The notes beneath the pieces were generated by a model. That model saw only the letters and a program-made list of their open reading frames with translations. It searched no databases and was not told the origin of the DNA. 32,000 nt of DNA from an uncultured bacterium (lineage in GTDB: Bacteria > UBP14 > UBA6098), in assembly GCA_964606695.1 (NCBI GenBank), contig CAZSHG010000002.1, positions 102,507-134,506 of the forward strand, in the 5' to 3' direction. Below are positions 16,239-24,342 of the stretch, in pieces. Every line of letters starts with the position of its first letter. The first letter of the stretch is position 1. The translations under genes were made by a program, and so were the position numbers.

Positions 16239-16352
16239 GATGTCCTCGCGAGATTAGCGTGTTTCATCAAACTGCCCAATCAATTAACAACTGATTTCCT
16301 GGAAAATCAAGGGGAAAATGGCGGGTGTGGGGGAATAAAAACAAGAAATAAC

Positions 16353-16381
16353 TTGCGAAGGAACTATTTTGGGATTAATTT
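16353..16381 (+). promoter_or_regulatory. Promoter candidate for the methyltransferase gene
   Basis: TTGCGA(16353-16358)-17 nt-TAATTT(16376-16381). ATG 16389 follows after 7 nt with no SD. Confidence 0.35.
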
Positions 16382-16388
16382 GGGCATT

Positions 16389-17483
16389 ATGGATATAGTA
16401 AACCTTAAATATGGAGAATTATTCTCTGGCCCTGGTGGATTAGCCTTAGGAGCAATGCTTGCAAGCTTGGAAACAGCCGAGTCCGAATACAGGATTGAGC
16501 ATGCATGGGCATCCGATTACGATAACGACTCTTGTAGCACTTACCAAAAAAATATCTGCCCAGATAAACCGGAAACCGTTATTTGCCAAGACATTAAATC
16601 ACTCGAAATCCAGGCGCTTCCAAAAGTAGATATCTTTGCCTATGGTTTTCCCTGCAACGATTTCAGCATTGTTGGAGAACAGAAGGGATTTAACGGGGGA
16701 TATGGGCCATTGTATTCTTACGGAGTAGATGTCCTAAATAAATTGAAACCACTTTGTTTTGTTGCTGAGAATGTAAACGGTCTTACTTCTGCAAATAATG
16801 GAGGTGCTTTTTCACAAATCCTTAGAGATTTAGAAAATGCAGCCGATGGTTATAACATCGTCGCAAACCTCTATAAAGCAGAAGAATACGGAGTGCCACA
16901 AACAAGACACAGAATTATAATGGTCGGTTTCACAAAGTCTTCCAGCTTTTGGTTTAGAGTCCCCAGGCCTACAACTGCGAGAAACTATATTTCTTCAAAA
17001 ACGGCAATTGAGAATCCGCCTATCGAAAAAAACGCACCTAACAACGAAAAAACAAGACAATCTAAACGAGTTATCGAAAGGCTAAAGCATATCAAGCCCG
17101 GCCAAAACTGCTGGGATGCTGATTTACCCGAACACCTCAAGCTGAATGTTAAAGGCGCCAAGCTAAGCCAAATTTATAAAAGACTCGACCCTGACAAACC
17201 CTCATACACGATTACAGGAAGCGGCGGTGGAGGAACTCATGTTTATCATTATTCTGAAAATCGAGCTCTTACCAACAGAGAAAGAGCAAGACTTCAAACC
17301 TTCCCCGATGATTTCGTGTTCCATGGCCCTAAAGAGAGCGTGAGAAAACAAATCGGCATGGCTGTTCCTCCGAGACTTGCAAAAATTATCTACGAGAGCA
17401 TTCTTAAAACTATAGCCGGAATTCCATATGATTCTGTCGAGCCGAACCTTAATATCAACAAATCTCTATTTGAAAGCTGGTAA
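16389..17483 (+). CDS. DNA (cytosine-5)-methyltransferase
   Basis: 364 aa from ATG 16389. Motif I ELFSGPGGLALG, IV GFPCNDFS, VI ENV, VIII QTRHR, IX RERARLQTFPDDF, X GMAVPP. Confidence 0.92.
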   Translation: MDIVNLKYGELFSGPGGLALGAMLASLETAESEYRIEHAWASDYDNDSCSTYQKNICPDKPETVICQDIKSLEIQALPKVDIFAYGFPCNDFSIVGEQKGFNGGYGPLYSYGVDVLNKLKPLCFVAENVNGLTSANNGGAFSQILRDLENAADGYNIVANLYKAEEYGVPQTRHRIIMVGFTKSSSFWFRVPRPTTARNYISSKTAIENPPIEKNAPNNEKTRQSKRVIERLKHIKPGQNCWDADLPEHLKLNVKGAKLSQIYKRLDPDKPSYTITGSGGGGTHVYHYSENRALTNRERARLQTFPDDFVFHGPKESVRKQIGMAVPPRLAKIIYESILKTIAGIPYDSVEPNLNINKSLFESW

Positions 17484-17504
17484 TCTATTTGAAAGCTGGT
17501 AATC
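17465..17504. repeat. Perfect 19-bp tandem duplication (2.1 copies) spanning the MTase stop codon
   Basis: TCTATTTGAAAGCTGGTAA is repeated with period 19. All 21 compared positions (17465-17485 against 17484-17504) are identical. Confidence 0.95.
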
Positions 17505-17505
17505 G

Positions 17506-18462
17506 ATGAACAAAGAAACCGCAATCACCCAAATCGTAGGCAATACGGGTGTTGATATTACTTCTGCCGAGCTTATTCTGCGAAAAGCTAAAGAAGGTGG
17601 AGAAGTCGCGGGAAAATGTTACGAAAAATGGCTTAATGAGCGATTCCTTCCAAATATAGTCAAAATTGATCTTTCCGACTACACAAGAATGTGCGTCGAT
17701 GCCCTAAAAATCCTTGGGACTACAGCCGCCACCGATTACGGAAGTTCACGTCAGAGGGATTTAGGCCAGCTTTGGGCGGATATGACTAGAGGTTATCTCG
17801 GCGAAATAGCGGTGAAGAATTTCTTAAAGAAAAAGTGGGATATTGACATTACACTTGGGCACGAAACAGGGGAACTTGAAGAATACCTCCCCACTGACAT
17901 CGAGAAAATCAAAGATTCATCAGGGAAATACAGACCAGCCAAACTGAAAGTTAGTATCAAGGCAACGAAATGGAATGGCATCTGGCTCGACATCCCCGGA
18001 GACCAGTTTAACCACTCAGATATTCATCTAATGACTAAGGTTCATACTGGAAGAGACCATCTTTTCGCTTTTTTCAAAGTGATAAGCGTGTTCAAAGATA
18101 AAGTTCTGAAAAAGGGTATTGAGGAGGGCGCTATCGACGAAACTCAGGCAGGTGATATTTTTACGAAATTACCTGATTTCAAGCCAATTGTCGCTTACAT
18201 AGCTGGTTTTGCGGAAAAGGAGAATCTACTGAATAATCCAAGATACGAATTCAAAGTCGGTCCGAAACACGCCACGATTTATGCCTGGAATGGTGAGATC
18301 ACAAACACTGACCTAAAGAATATTAAGAAAGACAACGATGTCTCCGGTGACGTAAAGTTTTCGGGGATTGGTCGATTCTCGCACGATAGTGGTTATTTAT
18401 TTAATACCGGCAATCTCCGATGGAGCGAAAGCGATTGGGAAGGACTTCTTAGGAGACTATAA
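17506..18462 (+). CDS. Uncharacterised PD-(D/E)XK-like protein, candidate restriction endonuclease partner of the MTase
   Basis: 318 aa. GYLGEIAVKNFL (helix Glu), LPTDIEKI (Asp) and KLKVSIKATK (S-x-K in place of E-x-K) are spaced as in a PD-(D/E)XK core. Same strand as the MTase and 22 nt downstream of it. Confidence 0.55.
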   Translation: MNKETAITQIVGNTGVDITSAELILRKAKEGGEVAGKCYEKWLNERFLPNIVKIDLSDYTRMCVDALKILGTTAATDYGSSRQRDLGQLWADMTRGYLGEIAVKNFLKKKWDIDITLGHETGELEEYLPTDIEKIKDSSGKYRPAKLKVSIKATKWNGIWLDIPGDQFNHSDIHLMTKVHTGRDHLFAFFKVISVFKDKVLKKGIEEGAIDETQAGDIFTKLPDFKPIVAYIAGFAEKENLLNNPRYEFKVGPKHATIYAWNGEITNTDLKNIKKDNDVSGDVKFSGIGRFSHDSGYLFNTGNLRWSESDWEGLLRRL

Positions 18463-18482
18463 TCCCAATCCCCGTGGTTATG

Positions 18483-18650
18483 CCGTCGGAAGGCCTCTCT
18501 TTCCCGTCTGGAGGCCAAACGATTCTTCTGGAGGGCTTCCTTTCCCGTCGGAAGGCCTCTCTTTCGCGTCTGGAGGCCAAACGATTCTTCCTTCGACCCT
18601 AACGATTCTTCTGGAGGGCTTCCTTTTTCCGTCGGAAGGCCTCTTTTTTC
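18483..18650. repeat. Tandem repeat of a 62-nt unit, ~2.5 copies, second copy carrying a 22-nt internal duplication
   Basis: CCGTCGGAAGGCCTCTCTTTC[C/G]CGTCTGGAGGCCAAACGATTCTTCTGGAGGGCTTCCTTTC starts at 18483, 18545 and 18629 (partial). AACGATTCTTC is duplicated at 18580 and 18601. Confidence 0.9.
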
Positions 18651-18723
18651 TGTGGGGAAGGCAAAAATGTTCTGGATAGACCATGGAATTCTCTGGGAAG
18701 ACGTCCGAAAGTGTTCCGTCCCC

Positions 18724-19362
18724 TCATTCCCCCTCGACATATTCGCCAACCTTATGGAAATCCAATGTCTTGAACATTTGGAACAATAACCACATACCGA
18801 AAACCAGACAGATCAACATAGACATCCAGCCGAGTCTTCGGAAGAACAACCCCACTGCCTGGTCTTTTGTATAGAGGTTCATTTCCGTGAGCAGATACGT
18901 CCAATCGTGTTGGGCTTCCATTCCAAATGGCGAAACGAGAGGTAATTCGCGAAGTCGTGCATCTGCGGCGTAAGTTCCGACGTCGTAAAAATTCGTAGAT
19001 AACCATCCGAAAGCCACAGCGATGCCGAAATAATCCTTTTGCCGAAGGAAGATGAACATCCCGATAATCGGTGCGCCGCATTGGGCTATGGTCCCGCCGG
19101 CAACGTATAGGAATTTTCCGAAAGGCTGGAAAAGGAAATGTCCCAATTCGTGGATCCCAAGATTAAGGCCTTTGAAGATACTACTATAAAGCCAGTCGTT
19201 TTGATGGCGAACCCAGATATAAGCGAAGAAAATCAACAACGCCAATCGAAGAAAAGGGAATCTACCTTCCGCCCATTCCCTCGCGTTACGGAAAAACCTA
19301 ACGATGAAATTGGGTCTCGATTCTTTGCCTGCTAATTGTATGCGAGATTTTTTACTACGCAT
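18724..19362 (-). CDS. Polytopic membrane protein with HExxH zinc-metalloprotease motif
   Basis: HELGH lies at the edge of a TM segment, and there are 4-5 TM helices. I prefer ATG 19362 (AGGA 10 nt upstream) over the track's TTG 19371. Confidence 0.6.
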   Translation of the reverse strand: MRSKKSRIQLAGKESRPNFIVRFFRNAREWAEGRFPFLRLALLIFFAYIWVRHQNDWLYSSIFKGLNLGIHELGHFLFQPFGKFLYVAGGTIAQCGAPIIGMFIFLRQKDYFGIAVAFGWLSTNFYDVGTYAADARLRELPLVSPFGMEAQHDWTYLLTEMNLYTKDQAVGLFFRRLGWMSMLICLVFGMWLLFQMFKTLDFHKVGEYVEGE

Positions 19363-19435
19363 GACGTTCAAATCCTGTTATTTTCGAGCAATACATAACT
19401 GTTATCAATATGAATGAAAATGGGTATAGATGCAA

Positions 19436-19470
19436 CGAAAAAAGACCTTCGAGATTACCCATCAGGTCTT
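19436..19470 (-). terminator. Rho-independent terminator after the epimerase gene
   Basis: Minus strand: AAGACCT-15 nt loop-AGGTCTT followed by TTTTTT. Confidence 0.5.
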
Positions 19471-19515
19471 TGTCGTTTTATTGGCTGGAATAAGGGAAAT
19501 CGTGTCGAAGTAACT

Positions 19516-20568
19516 TTAAAAGAATTTCTTCGCAATCCCCAATATTCCCTGCCTCCACGGGACACGATGAGTTACTCCGTCTTGAGTTTCCCCGGCCTCA
19601 AATTTATCTACGTTATCGAGAAACCAATGGTAATTACGCAACAGGGCGTCTTTGTTAGAGTATTTAGGTGTGAATCCGAGGACTTTTTCCGCCTTTTCGA
19701 TGGAGACGAAAGAGTCCTTCGTGGCTGTTTTATAGACCCAGGGGTAAAGGGGTGATAACTTGAGCGCTTCGAGTATCTCGAGTGCCAGAACGACTAAATT
19801 CGCCGGGGAACCTTTTATTTTCCTGCCGTATCCGGCCTCGTCCAGGACGACTTGATAATCTTCGCGCATCGTAGAAAACTCTTTTGCCCCTATATTTAAT
19901 TCAGTATTGACGGCGCCTTCATCGCCGAAAGTAGCGGCAATCCAGATAGCCTCGCACAGATCTTCTACGTCGAGGAGCTGATATAGGTTATCTCCGCGGC
20001 CTATCATAGGAAAACTTCTACCTTTACTTGCCCATTCGTAGAAAATCCCGAATACGCCCAATCTTTCTGGCCCAATGAATGATTTTGGACGTATAGTGGT
20101 TAAGGTCATCCCACGTTGGCGGAACATTTTAACGAGGTTTTCGGCCTCGATTTTCGCCTCGCCGTAGGGGCCAACACCAACCAGGTCGTCGTCCTCATAA
20201 ATCGGGTGATGATCCGGGATACCGTAAACGGCCGTGGAAGAAATGTATATCCCCCGCTTTATTCCATGTTCCATCGCAGATTGAAATACTTTCGCCGTGC
20301 CGTCGATATTTGTCGTGTAGATGTCCTTTTTGGGATATAGCGGCAACGCCGCCGCGCCATGCATTACTATATCGACGCCTTCCATGCACATATTGACCGT
20401 GTCCATATCCCGCACGTCTCCCTGCACATGGACGATTTTATCCACGCAATCTTCGTATGTAAAGGGTAAGAGGTCTAAAGAGACAATTTCTTCGCCCTTA
20501 CCGAGAAGATATCTTATCAGGTTTATTCCAAGGAATCCGGAACCGCCTGTAACGAGCCATTTAGCCAT
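19516..20568 (-). CDS. NAD-dependent epimerase/dehydratase (extended SDR)
   Basis: 350 aa. TGGSGFLGINLIRYLL Rossmann motif, catalytic YGEAK. Confidence 0.85.
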   Translation of the reverse strand: MAKWLVTGGSGFLGINLIRYLLGKGEEIVSLDLLPFTYEDCVDKIVHVQGDVRDMDTVNMCMEGVDIVMHGAAALPLYPKKDIYTTNIDGTAKVFQSAMEHGIKRGIYISSTAVYGIPDHHPIYEDDDLVGVGPYGEAKIEAENLVKMFRQRGMTLTTIRPKSFIGPERLGVFGIFYEWASKGRSFPMIGRGDNLYQLLDVEDLCEAIWIAATFGDEGAVNTELNIGAKEFSTMREDYQVVLDEAGYGRKIKGSPANLVVLALEILEALKLSPLYPWVYKTATKDSFVSIEKAEKVLGFTPKYSNKDALLRNYHWFLDNVDKFEAGETQDGVTHRVPWRQGILGIAKKFF

Positions 20569-20586
20569 TTTTCACTCCGTCTATTA

Positions 20587-21042
20587 TTATATATCGTCTT
20601 CCAAATCCAGATGATAACTCATTATATCGTCTTTTTTAAAGAATCTTTTTATCTCTCGCTTTGCCGATTCGGTATCCGCCGAAGCATGAATTATGTTTTT
20701 ACAAATAGTAACGGCATATTCTCCACGAATAGTCCCGGGCTGAGCCTTCAACGGATTGGTATCCCCAACCACGTATCGTGCGGCCTTAATCGCGTCCGGG
20801 CCGCTTATAACCATCGCAATATTCGGGCCGCTCGTGATAAACTCGATTAATTCCTCGTAAAACGGCTTCCCTTTGTGCTCGCCGTAATGACTCTCCGCGA
20901 TTTCCCTATCCATAATTATCATCTTCATGCCGTCGATGCGAAGTCCCTTATGCTCGAACCGTGAAATTATTTCGCCGACAAGCTCGCGCTGGATTGCATT
21001 GGGTTTCAAAAGAATTAAAGTGCTTTGATATTCCTTGTTCAT
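20587..21042 (-). CDS. ndk: Nucleoside diphosphate kinase
   Basis: 151 aa. TLILLKPNAIQR, GLRIDGMKM, RGEYA, NIIHASAD (catalytic His). Confidence 0.88.
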   Translation of the reverse strand: MNKEYQSTLILLKPNAIQRELVGEIISRFEHKGLRIDGMKMIIMDREIAESHYGEHKGKPFYEELIEFITSGPNIAMVISGPDAIKAARYVVGDTNPLKAQPGTIRGEYAVTICKNIIHASADTESAKREIKRFFKKDDIMSYHLDLEDDI

Positions 21043-21125
21043 GTCCTTCCTTTCGTAAGCGGCTTTAATATAAAAGTCCCAATTTGAAAATCAACCCAAA
21101 AGGGAAAATTCCTGCAATGCTCTTA

Positions 21126-21154
21126 TTGACAATACTCGAAACGGAATGTAAATT
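21126..21154 (+). promoter_or_regulatory. Sigma-70-type promoter for the Omp85-like/HK/RR operon
   Basis: TTGACA(21126-21131)-17 nt-TAAATT(21149-21154), about 30 nt upstream of ATG 21184. Confidence 0.5.
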
Positions 21155-21183
21155 GCAGGGAAGTAATATTTGAAAGGAAGATT

Positions 21184-22353
21184 ATGCGCAAGACACTCCT
21201 CGTTTTCATTATCGCTTTCTCGCTTTACAGTGGGTGGTTCTTCATCCCGTGGGGATATTGGACCTTCCAGGACGGTGGAGTAGGCGTCCTGTATTCTCAG
21301 GGGATCTACGATAAATTCGGCTGGGAATTCGACGGCAGGATGTCCGGAGGCGGCGATTATTGGCTGGACGGCGGCGTCAAATTCGATTTCCTCGGCGAAG
21401 GAACGGAAATCCGGGGCGAATTTATGTCCGACTCGATCGAGAAGGATTACCGCAAGCCGGACGCAATCGAGTCCGAGGCCTCTGAGGACACTATTCAAGA
21501 GTATCCATCATTCAAAGCCAAAGAATTCTCGATTTATCTCAAACAGAATTTCAACGTCGGCCCTTCGCAGAAATTTTACCTCTTCGCGGGTTACAAAACG
21601 GGCGAATATCTTTCGAATTATCGTTTCGATCCCTCGGCGGGAGGTCAGGTTTTTGGCGATGAGACACGGGTTGCCGAGGCAGTGGATGCCGGTTTCGAAT
21701 TCTCCATGGACAGCCGGGACGACCCGGAAAATCCGGAGACGGCATTTTATTTCGGAATAAAACTGGGCGGCCTGTATTTCCCAAATGCCGAAGAACTGGA
21801 TTTCGATTATCTCAAGACCGCGCAAATACAGAGCGAAGAACATAAATTTGCATCCGGAACGGGTTATATAAAACTTGACCAGCGCCTTTATGGTAAACTC
21901 GCAATAGACGAAGTTCCCTTTCCGCTGGTTTTGGCATTGCGCATTAGCGGGGGACATCATCTGCACGAGGTGCCGCAACTGGTTGCATTCAAGGGGGGCA
22001 GTCACGATTTCCTCCGTGGAATCGACCAGCGACATGTAATAGGAAGAAGTTACTACCTGATGTCCGGCGAGTTACGGGCGCAGGTCTGGGAAGAGAGTTA
22101 TACTCCATTGATACTCCTCCACTGGTTAATCCCCGGCTATGCAAATCCGCGGCCAATATTGGAATTCGCACCTATCGTTGAGGCCGGCAGGGTTTACAGC
22201 GAATTCCTCGGCGACGACGAGAAACAATATATGACTTTCGGGCTCGGCGCGAGATGGATATTTACGGATTACACAGTCATGCGTTACGACTTCGCATATT
22301 GCCCCGCATTTGAAACATGGGGCGCATATTTCAGTTTCTATCCGAGTATTTAG
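21184..22353 (+). CDS. Omp85/BamA-family outer-membrane beta-barrel protein without recognisable POTRA repeats
   Basis: 389 aa, signal peptide. DSRDDPENPETAFYF, GGSHDFLRGIDQRHVIGRSYYLMSGELR and GLGARW..MRYDFAY resemble Bac_surface_Ag barrel motifs. Confidence 0.6.
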   Translation: MRKTLLVFIIAFSLYSGWFFIPWGYWTFQDGGVGVLYSQGIYDKFGWEFDGRMSGGGDYWLDGGVKFDFLGEGTEIRGEFMSDSIEKDYRKPDAIESEASEDTIQEYPSFKAKEFSIYLKQNFNVGPSQKFYLFAGYKTGEYLSNYRFDPSAGGQVFGDETRVAEAVDAGFEFSMDSRDDPENPETAFYFGIKLGGLYFPNAEELDFDYLKTAQIQSEEHKFASGTGYIKLDQRLYGKLAIDEVPFPLVLALRISGGHHLHEVPQLVAFKGGSHDFLRGIDQRHVIGRSYYLMSGELRAQVWEESYTPLILLHWLIPGYANPRPILEFAPIVEAGRVYSEFLGDDEKQYMTFGLGARWIFTDYTVMRYDFAYCPAFETWGAYFSFYPSI

Positions 22354-22356
22354 AAA

Positions 22357-24306
22357 TTGCGTAAATTCTGGCGTATCATACGGATAATACTCATTGTCGC
22401 TCTCGTGATAGGGGCGGTAGTTATCGGGGAATGGTATGCTCTCGAAGGGGTGGAAAAGGCGTTTGACCAGTTGCTGTTCCGGGACGCAATGAATTCCGCG
22501 TCCGTTATGCTCGTCGCCTGCCGAATGGTTTATGATTTCCAGGTTCTCAGGGAAATCGAAAGAGAGCAGTTACTCATCGAAGCTACGCAGAAAATTCCCG
22601 ACGGTGAAATAGACCACCAGACACTCGAAATGATCCGCGAAGCCGGGAAATTGCCGTTAGTAGTTCTTACGAACGATGAAGGAGAAATCGTAGATAAATC
22701 CGGCGCGGTGATGGCGGATACATATTCGTGGATGTCCGATTTAACGGTTAGGTTATGGGGAGTATATTCCGGCGCTGTCGAAGCGGAAACCTACGGTATC
22801 GACCGGGATTTCCCTCTTACCGAAGAACCGAAAGTAATGGCGATTCAAGTCGATAACGGCGTGCTGGTGCTTTTTGCCCCTGAACCGACGATACGCGAAC
22901 ACGAGGAATTGACGGTGGGGAATTTGATAGGCCATATCGGGGAAAATCCCAATGTGCGATATATCACCCTGCAGGACGAAAATGGATTTATCTTCGCTAC
23001 CAAATCTGTTACAGAAATGAGTAGTCTCGCCGCCGACTCTTTTCTTATAGGCGTGGAACGATCCGGCGTTACAAAAAGCAGATATCTTAATTTTCATGGA
23101 GAAAGAGTTTACGAACTCGCAGTTAAATTCCCGAAAATGGGGCTTTACAAGGGCGTCTTGCGAATCGGGTTATCGACGTCTGATTACCAGAAGCTTTATA
23201 CGGGTTACGGCCTGCAATTAGCGATAATATTGCTTTTAGTTTTGGCCGTGGCTATCGTCGCTGTGGTTTTGCTTCTAACGACGCGAAGGCTCTCTGCGCA
23301 GAAAAGTTTATCGGACGCAATCCTGTCCGAGATGAACGCGCTCTGCGTGGCAGTCGATAAAGAGGGCATCATTACTCTTCTTAATCCCGTAACGGCAAAG
23401 GTCTATGGGATAAAACAGTCCGACGCCCTCGGAAGACAGATAGAAGATGTTTTTCTCGGCGATCCATTGAAACTGCGGGAAACGCTCCGAGGCGAAGTCG
23501 GGTCGGTTTTTGCGGTGGAATGCGCCGTCGATGACAGGGTTTATCATCTCGATGTTTCTACCGGCATTCTACCCGACGGCGGAGCTTTTGCCATAGCCGA
23601 GGACATCACGAATATCCTCGAACTTCGTAAAGAGGCCGCCGGTGCCGAACATTTACGCGCGTTAGGCGAACTCACAGCGGGAGTGGCACACGAGATTCGT
23701 AATCCATTGAATGCTATCGGAATAGCATCGCAAAGGCTATCTGCCGAGTTCGAACCGAGAGAAGACGAGGAGGGATATCGCGAGCTTCTTCGCAATGTTC
23801 GACAGGAAATAACGCGTCTGGATAATGTAGTGCGGGAGTTCATAGGCCTTTCCGCACCGATGTCGCCGGATTTAAAGAAACAGCCTTTAAGACCGATATT
23901 AGAAGAAATCGGCGAAGCCGGTAAATTACGAGCAAGCGGAAAAAACATCGAGTTCTACGTCAAGATAGGCGAAGTCGGGATAATCGCGGTCGATGAGGAA
24001 CAACTCAAGAAAGCGCTCCTCAACCTTATTAAAAACGCTGTCGAAGCGACGCCCGAAGGCGGGGAAATATCCCTTACAGCTATCCGCGAAACGGAGCGAG
24101 TTAGAATTAGCGTCAGCGACAACGGCCCGCCTATACCGCCTGAAATTCGGGAAAAATTGGGCAAACCTTTCGTATCGGCGGGTAAGGAAAACGGGACGGG
24201 AATAGGGCTATTCCTTGCATTCAGAATCGCGCGAGACCACGGAGGAAGAATTGAAGTCGAAACCGACGACAACGAGACAGTATTTACAATGATTCTTCCA
24301 ACATAA
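22357..24306 (+). CDS. Sensor histidine kinase (large periplasmic domain, TM, PAS, HisKA, HATPase_c)
   Basis: 649 aa. H-box AHEIRNPLNAI, N-box NLIKNAVEA, G-boxes DNGPPI and GTGIGL. TTG start 3 nt after the upstream stop. Confidence 0.88.
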   Translation: MRKFWRIIRIILIVALVIGAVVIGEWYALEGVEKAFDQLLFRDAMNSASVMLVACRMVYDFQVLREIEREQLLIEATQKIPDGEIDHQTLEMIREAGKLPLVVLTNDEGEIVDKSGAVMADTYSWMSDLTVRLWGVYSGAVEAETYGIDRDFPLTEEPKVMAIQVDNGVLVLFAPEPTIREHEELTVGNLIGHIGENPNVRYITLQDENGFIFATKSVTEMSSLAADSFLIGVERSGVTKSRYLNFHGERVYELAVKFPKMGLYKGVLRIGLSTSDYQKLYTGYGLQLAIILLLVLAVAIVAVVLLLTTRRLSAQKSLSDAILSEMNALCVAVDKEGIITLLNPVTAKVYGIKQSDALGRQIEDVFLGDPLKLRETLRGEVGSVFAVECAVDDRVYHLDVSTGILPDGGAFAIAEDITNILELRKEAAGAEHLRALGELTAGVAHEIRNPLNAIGIASQRLSAEFEPREDEEGYRELLRNVRQEITRLDNVVREFIGLSAPMSPDLKKQPLRPILEEIGEAGKLRASGKNIEFYVKIGEVGIIAVDEEQLKKALLNLIKNAVEATPEGGEISLTAIRETERVRISVSDNGPPIPPEIREKLGKPFVSAGKENGTGIGLFLAFRIARDHGGRIEVETDDNETVFTMILPT

Positions 24307-24342
24307 TTCGCCGACCGTTGCGGCAAAAAACTGGAGTATAAT

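Noticed and set aside
18368-18749. Track ORFs 18368-18679(+), 18393-18749(-) and 18478-18684(-) across the 62-nt repeats
   Set aside because: These are repeat-induced open frames that overlap each other and the nuclease gene end. There is no SD, and the peptides are low-complexity repeats.
21091-22035. Minus-strand ORFs 21091-21498 and 21508-22035
   Set aside because: They are antisense to the longer 21184-22353 ORF, which has a promoter, an SD, a signal peptide and Omp85-like motifs.
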